Source of the DNA: Paramecium tetraurelia
Taxonomy: Eukaryota
Reading direction: 5' to 3'
NCBI GenBank assembly: GCA_000165425.1
Contig: CT868059.1
Coordinates: 182,678-202,677 of the forward strand
Length of the DNA: 20,000 bases
Shown here piece by piece: positions 11,606-20,000 of the stretch (position 1 is the stretch's first letter; each line of letters begins with the position of its first letter). The notes beneath the pieces were generated by a model. That model made no database searches. It saw only the letters and a program-made list of their open reading frames with translations, and had not been told where the DNA came from. The position numbers were made by a program, and so were the translations under genes.

Positions 11606-12150
11606 ATATAAGCAACTAAATGAAATATAATTAAATAATATTATAAAAAATAAATATTATTTTTTCGATTTCCAATATTTTATTGAAAAAAATGGATATT
11701 TCGTTTAATAATCTGTAAAGGGTTTGTTGTACATTTGAATGGATTTCAAGAAAAAATGATGCACATTTTTTATTGATATTTTTTTATTTCAATTATTGTC
11801 TAATTTAAACTTGAATTATTGGTTAACTTATTTTATTGATTTTTTTTAGACAAATAAATGGAGTTAAAGATTTTAATGATTTTAATTAAAGACTATAATT
11901 TAGAAGAACATTGACGAGTAATTGTTTTAGGTATCATTATGATGATAAAAGTAAGAAATGCAAAAAAGAGAATTTGAAAAGATAAGCCATTATTAAATAA
12001 TTAAATTAATAAGTTTTTGATAATAAAAACAATTTTATTTTTATTACATTTTCTAAACCATGCTCAAAGATTGAAACTGTAAGGAACAATGCCCTTATAG
12101 ATGAACTGCATGTATATAGACGAAAGTTTTAAGAATTTAATATATTATAG

Positions 12151-13370
12151 GAGATAATGGCTTTGTGGGAAGCTAGTACTTTTATGAATCCCTATCGTAA
12201 TCTGAAAATATGGTAAATCTTGATAAGATTACATATACCTTATGGATAAACATATATTAAAAACCAAAATTGACTGGAAGGTAAATTTTGTTTGGTTTTG
12301 TGGATGGCAACACAGATAATCCTGTAAACTATTAATTTACATTAGTATCTTAATTTAATGTTGTATTACTAATCTTCAGGGGGAAATTATAATCTGACTT
12401 TATCGAATTAGAAATAGTCTTCAGATATCCTTAACCTAACACGGTAAACATTTTATATATTAAAGGTATTCTGATCTTTAAATCAATAGTTGGTATCAAA
12501 TAAGTAGTGTCTATAGATTAGAGCACAAGCAACACTTTTATTAATTTGAAGCTTTTTTCTACATAAGATTAAACGATGAATTCGATTCAAGATACTCTAG
12601 TGAATTAAAAGTAAGTAATTTCTTTATAATTAGATTAAAATATAATTTTGGGGTACATTCTAGAATAACAAATGAGTAATTATATAAGTCTTCTAATGAT
12701 TACAAGGCATGTGTGAATATTGCTAATTTCTATTATATCAACGGATGGACAACAATGGATTCAGATATTTATTTGGACTATGATTTAGAATTGAAATTCT
12801 TTTTAAAGCCTTATCAACTCAAAGGTCTTAATGTATCCGATTAATTTATGAATGTAAATCTTAGAAAATAATCAAACCCAATATTTTATAGTGATTCTAT
12901 TGGATTGCTGTTATTTAAGAATACACAAATTGTGTACACTTTTATGGAGAATCTAGTTTCCCTAACTATGATGTTTTGGATTAAACCATAAAATATAGTA
13001 GCATTTTTTTAGTTTATTTCTTTGACTGATGATGTATTGAAACAAGTAAGCATAGGTTTTGGCGTCAATTTTGACTATAAGTTATAATTTCATTAAAATT
13101 ATGGTAATTCCACATTAGGTTTACTAACCGATAGCACTTGGGCTCATGTGACAGCTGGTGTTTTGGAGCTAAGTTATGATGCTAATTTTATTCCAACAAA
13201 TTAAAAAAAACTATTAACAGTGTATATTGATGACAATTAGGTATAATAGAAAACAATTAACAACGTAATTGCATTTAAAAGATTGATATTGGGACCTACA
13301 GCTACTGGTAATTTTGGAGCAGAAATGATTGATATTTAAGACATCAGAATATTCAGAGGGTATGGAATTT
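12151..13370 (+). other. Two LamG/concanavalin-A-like beta-sandwich domains
   Basis: Motifs ITYTLWINI..ILFGF..SWYQIVVSID and SLTMMFWIKP..STWAHVTAGV..LTVYIDD..LILGP..IDIQDIRIFRG, typical of LamG_3-type domains. Confidence 0.65.
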
Positions 13371-13389
13371 TAACAGGCAGAGGGGATTG

Positions 13390-16300
13390 TTTATTATTTG
13401 TTGGTGCATATTGTGCATTCTGTTCACCTAATACTCATTATTGCAAAGAGCAAGATCCAAATGATGATATAATTATCTTTAATTGTGCAGCTGGTTATAA
13501 AGAAACATAAAGTGGTTGTTTTCCTATAGCAATCTAGAATTGTCTTAAACAATAAGGATCAGGTTGTATAAATTGTGCAGATAATTATTAATTATAAAAC
13601 GGATAATGCTATAATTGCTCAGATTCTAATGCAATATTTTGCAAAAGAAACATAACGAATTCAATAAATAACAAGATTTAATAGAGCAAACTTTGTAAAA
13701 TAGATTTTAACATTTAGAATAGTGCAGCTTATTGCCAAAAAGATTCATAAAATAATTGCTAGTAGGCTCAATTCTATAAAAAATTTTATAAATGCAAAAC
13801 TGATATCTATTTAACAGAATTAAATACCTGTCAAAGTACATGTACACTTAATAACAAATTTTAGTAAAATCAAGTTTGCTTAAAAAAGTGTCCAGGAAAA
13901 TATTTATATAAATAAGATTGCTTCAATACATAAAAACTACCTGCATACTAATGTAATAGTGCGAATAATTGCAATAATAACGAAAAAAAATATTGGGTTA
14001 TTATTGTCTAAAATGAAAAAGAATAAAGTGGTCAGTACTTACAAAGTTGGTGGCATAGTTATAATTTTAATGATTGCGACTTATCCTGTAAATATTGTTT
14101 TGGAGGAAAAGAAACTAAATGCTTGGGCTGTTATTATAATAAATTCTTTAGTCCTTATGACACAAAATACGTTAGTGATTGTAATACTCTTAGTTTATTT
14201 AAATATAATAATCGAGATACTATGGTTTGTGAATTAGAATGTCCACCACCATATTTAACATAGGGATTAGAATGTGTGAAGTCTTGTACAAATGGTTATG
14301 CTATTTATAATAACACATTATGTTTACAATAAACTCAAGTTACAGATAATTTCATAGAGACTTAGTATAATTCTTCACAACCAAAAACTATATTTGCTAA
14401 TTGTCCTTAAGTTTGCTAAACATGCACAAGTTATACATATTGTACTAGTTGTCTAAATCATTATATTTTAAACTAAAATAAATGTCCTACCACATGCTAC
14501 CCACAATATCTCTATATTGATGAATATGGTGTGAGTGTCTGTTTAATTAATTGTGATTCATCTGATTATGTATATGATAACGCTAATATTGATGGATATT
14601 AAATTAGACAATGCTTCAAAATTAAATGTGGCTCCATTTAGATTAATAAGAAGTAATAAACTTATTTACACTAAACTAAACCTCTAATTTGTGTGTATCC
14701 ATGTGAAGATCAATATTATGTTCAATAAAACACAAATTAATGTGCTAAATGTGACCCTATTTGTTAAAATTGTTAAAACTCAGCAACATTTTGTACTAAA
14801 TGCTGGCCAGATATATTTCTTTAAGATAATAGTTGTTTCGTTTCTTGCGATTCTAAATTTAAAAATTATATCAATAATCAGTGCGAAGGATCGTGCTCCA
14901 GCGGATTTACTATCAATGATAAAGTTGCTGGCATTATTATTTAGGCCTGTGTCAAATTTTGTGGGCATATATTTTCTTAATTTACTTATGTACTCGATAC
15001 TCAATGCTATCAGTCTCCTCCTCTGATTGGAGCATATTGCATAGGCTTTTAGTGTTATAATTGCTATTATAAATGCAAGACTTGTTCTGGTTCTTAAAGT
15101 AATTAATGTTTATCTTGTTATGATTAAACATTTTTGTTAAATAATTAATGTGTACTAGATTGTAATACTAAGTTTTATGATTTGTTAAATTGGATTTGTG
15201 TTGATGTTTGTCCAAGCAATGCATACACTACATCTGGCTATTAATTTATTAATACAAATTATATACTAGTAACATCTTGTTCCTCTACATGCCTATATAG
15301 TTAATACTAATATAAGAACTAATGTACTGATTCTTAGCCAGATGGAACTTACTGCAAACAAAAGACTAATTATAATTTATGTGATAAATGCACAGCAGTA
15401 TATAAAACATGTTTTGATTCCTATTCAACTACTTGTTATGAATGCAATCCAGGATCATATTTATACAATACTACTTGCTCTACTGAATGTCCTGTGGATA
15501 TTCCTTATAAAGATACAATTAATAATATGTGTGTTGTAACTTGTACCAGTTATTAATAAGATGGATATTGCGTTGAAAGTTGTTCAGATAATTATTACAT
15601 CTATGATGCTGACAAATAATGTTATCAATTTGGTTGTCCAGAAGGAACATACAACCAAGTTACTACATTTTACTGTTATGGCTGTTCTCTTGGATGTGCC
15701 ACTTGTACTGATGGAATCATCAATTCATGTATCACATGTATATAAGGATATTTTCTGCAAGGTGTATCAACATGTACAGATGTCTGTAATGTGAATCCAG
15801 ATATTGTTTAAGATTGGACTAATGGAAGATGTGCTAAATCGTGTCCAACTGGAACTTACATGCAAACCTTACCTAGTGGGAATTTAGCATGTAGAAACAC
15901 TTGTCCTGGATATTATTATTCGAATATTTGCGTCCCTGCATGTCCTGCTCAAACTTTTCCTGACGGAATAGTTTGCACTTCATATGCAGGACCTTGTAGT
16001 GTGTGTTATGGTGAATAAGTTAACCAATGCACACAATGTGATTCTGGATATTACTTGGCTGATACTACTTTTGTTGAAGTATGTCCAGATACAAAACCTT
16101 ATGCCAACCTAGCTAATTAAACTTGTGTTTCAACTTGCCCAGATTATTTGTATTTAGCTAAAAAAATCTGTTTTAGCCCTTGTCCAACTTTCTTATCTAT
16201 TTATCAATTAAATGGTAAAAAAGAATGTGTTGATTCATGCTATTCTAAATCTTATATATCTTTAGGAATTTGCTATCCATGCGATTCCATTTGAAAAGAA

Positions 16301-19160
16301 TGCTATGGACCTATAAATGGAAATTGTTTATAATGTGAACCCCCTAACTATTTATATTAATAAAAATGTACTTTTACTTGTCCATCATAATCATATACTG
16401 ACTTAACAGATAGAATTTGCAAATAATCTTGTCCACCTACTACTGTTATATAAGGTTAATATTGCAAATCGAATTGTGATGTAAATAATTTTTTGTATGG
16501 TTAACTTTGTGTTGCAACATGTCCAACATTTACTTACAAATCACCATCCGAACTAAAATGTTTACTTTGTAATTCTGTATGTAGGTCTTGTAATGGACCT
16601 TTAGTAAGTTAGTGTTATTCTTGCATAGAAAATTATTTATTAAATGGTAATACTTGCACACAAACTTGTCCAGACTTATATGATTATGAGGATTAAAAAT
16701 GTATAAGCACTTGTGGTACAAAGTACGAATTAACTGATTTCAAAAGTTGTGTGACAACTTGTCCAACTGGATACCTAAAATGTATTAAAAAATGTTTGAT
16801 AACTCCTCCCGATGGATATTATTCAAATGGAGATAGTTGCATTAATGCAATAGTAAATGTAGCTAATGCACATCCAAAAATGTATGTTAAGCATGTAGTA
16901 AAAACTGCTATCTAACTTTGTAAACCTGTTCAAATACTTGTATTAATAAATCTCTTTATATGGATTCAACAACGTAGACTTGCGTTACTAAATATCCACC
17001 CTAACTTTATCATTAAGAATCCTATGATAAAAGAAGTTGCGTTGAGGATTGTGTTATAGGCTATAAATTTAATGATTAATGTGTAAGTTCTTGTCCTAAA
17101 GGAATGTATATTAAGAATAAATTCTGAACGAATTGCCCTTAGGCATGCGAAGAATGTACTTCAGCAACTAATTGTACTGCATGTGTTTAAGATTATTTTT
17201 TGGAAAATGGACTGTGTTAATTGAGCTGTTTGATTGGTAAAACAGATTATAAAAATCATGCATGTGTCTCCTAATGCGATCCACCATTATTTGAATATCA
17301 AAAATTAATGTTTAGAAAACTGTCCCACAAATCCAGTATTTTATTATCATTCAAATATCTGTATGGATACATGTCCAAATAATACATTCTAGAATAATTA
17401 AGAATGTCTTGATTGTGACGTATCATGCTCATCATGTATTGGTCCATCAAATAATGATTGCCTAGTTTGCGAAGAAACCTATTATTTACATGACTAACAA
17501 TGTACTCTTACTTGTCCTTATTTATATAATGATGTAGATAGATCTTGTGTTATATCTTGTCCCCGAAATCTTCTTTTGGATGGAAATAAGTGTGTTTTGA
17601 TTTGTAGTTTATACATGTACTCTAACACCTGTTTATCAAACTGTCCATTGGGAACATACGATTCAAATTTCATTTGCTACGATTGCTCTTAGAATTGTCT
17701 TGAATGCGATTCCTTTGGTTGTAATAAATGTGCAAATGGATCGTTTTTAAATGATGGAAGTTGTAGTAATTATTGCCCATACTATTACAATGTTGTTTTA
17801 AATAAATGTGAATAATTGTGTCCAGAAGGAACATTTCTTCATATTGATCAATGCTCTGCATCTTGTCCAGCAAATACATATATATATCTTTAAACATGCA
17901 TTGCAGACTGCCCTTTTAAAACTATTTTAATAGATTCTATTTGCTACTAATGCCCAGAGAGATGTTTAGTTTGTAAGAATTAATATGAATGTCTAAATTG
18001 TGAAGAGCCTTATTATTAATATAAAGGAGAATGTGTAGTGGCATGCCCAACAGCACTTCCCTATTAAAATAAAATTTATTATGCATGTTAATCAGAATGC
18101 TCTCCAAATACATACGAAAGAGGGTATGACTGTGTTAAAGAATGTGATTTAATCATCTATTAGAATAAATGTTTGAAACAATGTCCCTATGGATATTATG
18201 GGAGTATTATATGTAAGCCGTGTAAATTGGAGTGCAAAGCTTGCAATGACTTTAATATCTGCACAGAATGTTCAGAAAATTTTTACCTTGAACGTAATTA
18301 ATGCGATACTTAATGTACAAGAATCAAAGATTTGAAATAAAAGAAATGCGTTGATTCATGCTCTTCACTTTTATATCAAAATGTGTGCTATGAAACTTGT
18401 CCAATAAACACATATCAATATGCAAATACTTGTCTTCAAAAGTGCTTAGATGGATATTTTGGTTCAACAGAATTCAAATGTGAAAAATGTAGTTCTTAAT
18501 GTATCACATGCACATCTTTTAATTAATGTAATAGTTGTAAAATTGGATATTACTTATATCAGTAATAATGTTTAGATTAATGTCCTGGCAAATTATTTTC
18601 AAATCCATCAACCAGTTAATGCTCATAATCATGTCCAGATAAATTATATATCTTTAATAATTAATGCTTGTATTAATGTCCAAGTGATTATGTTAATGAC
18701 ACTGAAAATTATAAATGCGTTTCATCTTGTGGCAAATAGCAATATCTTACAAAAAACAGTTGTTATCCCTGTTCATTTGAATGCGATTAATGCACAGCTT
18801 ATGGAAATAAAAATTGTATAGCATGTGCAAATAATTATGTTTTGACTGAAGATGGCCATTGTTTTGGAAAATGCAAAGCTGGTTATTATTAAACATCTAA
18901 TTCTTGCGAGCAATGCTTACATAAATGTCTCACTTGTTAGAATGGCACAGAATGTATATAATGCAGAGGAAATAATAGAGATTAAATTGATTGCTCATGC
19001 CCAAAAGGATTCTATGATGATTCATTCTATGATAATTGTTAAAAATGCCCATGTGAGGAATGTACTTCTTAATCTGAATGTCTAGTATGCAAAAATAATC
19101 TCTAAGTTCCCAACTGTTCATGTAATAGAAGACTTAATCAGGATTGGTGTATTACTTGTT
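13390..19160 (+). repeat. Long array of furin-like / growth-factor-receptor Cys-rich repeats (~1900 aa)
   Basis: Recurring CxxCxxxCxxCxGxxxNxCxxCxxxxYL and CVxxCPxxxY units, e.g. CYNCYYKCKTCSGSQSNQCLSCYDQTFLLNNQCVLDC and CLDCDVSCSSCIGPSNNDCLVCEETYYLHDQQCTLTCP. Confidence 0.9.
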
Positions 19161-19169
19161 AAGTAGCAT

Positions 19170-20000
19170 CTGTAAAGATAAATTATTCAGATGATCTAAA
19201 TTCGATCATAGTTTATTTTGGATATATGATATCTGTTAATTTAATTAACCCTTTCTAACCCTCAAGTTGTTCTTTTTGGTTTACAAATGCTGAAATATTT
19301 GGATAAGATGCTTAATGCTATTTGTCTTGGGACAGATATGCGGTTCACATCTTATTAGAACCATACGCTTCTGTTAATGTTGGAGATAAATTGAGTTTCT
19401 AATAATCTTTTTATCGAGATGTAAATCAAGGTCTTTGTGATGGATAATATATTGAGATATTTATTGATAGTGCTGTGAAGGAACCATAAGTCTAAACTAA
19501 ACCTTATATACTTTTTGATGTACCGTCTGTTGTAAGTACTTGTAAGACTATTGAGATTAAACAAATATTGCTTGAAGGAACTGCAAAGAAGATCCAAGAG
19601 GTTCTATTTTGGTCTCTTCATGAAATGGATAATGATGATTATTATTTGTAAATGGATGCGTTCTTAGCAGATTAAAAAAGCGAATTCATCATTCCAGTAG
19701 GTACCCTAGCATCTAATGTTACATATACAATAACAGCAAAATATATGAATTTCTTAAAAAGGGTGAATTTCACAACTTTCACATTTACTACACTGCCAGA
19801 CTTAGTACCTTATGTCTTTCTATAATATAATCCTTTGATAGCTAGGGTATATGTTTTGATTGTAAAGTCTCCTATTCTGATTTGAAAAATGAATTTAATT
19901 TGGCCATTCAAATTTCTGATTCCAATAATAAAACTTACCTTTCCATACAGCAATCAATTAACCCAATTTATGAAGTCCCATTAAATGAAAGTCTCTTTTA
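19170..20000 (+). other. Start of a REJ/PKD-like module
   Basis: YSDDLNSIIVYF..CSFWFTNAEIFGQDAQC..ILLEPYASVNVGDKL..VPSVVSTCKTIEI..LFWSL..FIIPVGTLASNVTYTITAKYMNFL resembles REJ-domain N-terminal segments of protist proteins. Confidence 0.55.

Larger units (their letters stand above)
12005..20000 (+). pseudogene. Giant Cys-rich cell-surface protein gene (signal peptide - 2x LamG-like - furin-like repeats - REJ-like), disrupted and 3'-truncated by the window
   Basis: Signal-peptide-like (ATT)NKFLIIKTILFLLHFLNHA, with ATT at 12005 in place of ATG. Introns at 12126-12150, 12324-12345, 12444-12465 (AAG acceptor) and 12611-12633, then a ~7.3-kb intronless stretch. Frameshifts at ~12503 (+1), ~16845 (-1), ~17302 (+1) and ~19856 (-1). 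In-frame TGA at 16292-16294 and 17125-17127. Confidence 0.85.

Noticed and set aside
11690..11990. Second possible KIGxW-repeat remnant upstream of the giant gene
   Set aside because: Only scattered short peptides (KKWIF, NGVKD) with no consistent frame; too weak to call.
16841..17305. Euplotes-type programmed +1 frameshifting with UGA=Cys as the organism's code
   Set aside because: Euplotes uses TAA/TAG as stops, whereas here they are abundant sense codons and TGA ends the intact genes. The shifts include -1 events and lack the in-frame AAA-TAR signal.
13390..19160. Paramecium surface (immobilization) antigen or a furin/PCSK protease
   Set aside because: Repeat spacing is furin-like (CxxCxxxCxxC), not the i-antigen periodicity, and no subtilisin catalytic domain is visible.
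2042..19597. All ORFs in the supplied track
   Set aside because: Computed with the standard code. They are antisense or off-frame shadows of table-6 genes, span N gaps, or (2751-3086) overlap the true frame only briefly.
1..20000. CRISPR arrays, tRNA/rRNA genes, telomeric repeats, transposase or reverse transcriptase ORFs
   Set aside because: No repeat-spacer arrays, cloverleaf or rRNA-like GC-rich segments, C4A2/C3A3 tracts, or DDE/RT motifs were seen. The N gaps cannot be assessed.

Overview
Very AT-rich eukaryotic DNA from a ciliate, most likely Paramecium. Genes read open only when TAA/TAG are translated as Gln (table 6, TGA the sole stop), and they carry 20-29 nt GT..AG introns. The supplied standard-code ORF track is therefore uninformative. 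Hand translation gives: (1) the 3' part of a PAS-domain multi-pass membrane protein gene with several frameshifts (1-3231, +); (2) two intact orphan genes on the minus strand, a 483-aa Q/N-rich protein (7017-5544) and a 396-aa probable degenerate pseudokinase (9433-8218); (3) a giant (>2600 codons, running off the window) surface-receptor gene with signal peptide, 2x LamG-like domains, a long furin-like Cys-rich array and a REJ-like region (12005-20000, +). Gene 3 lacks an ATG and has four single-base frameshifts, two in-frame TGAs at Cys positions and several Cys>Tyr/Phe changes, so it is most likely a young pseudogene. There are also several degraded gene remnants and three assembly gaps. 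No RNA genes, transposases, telomeric repeats or CRISPR arrays were seen. Domain calls come from motif recognition by eye, not database searches.
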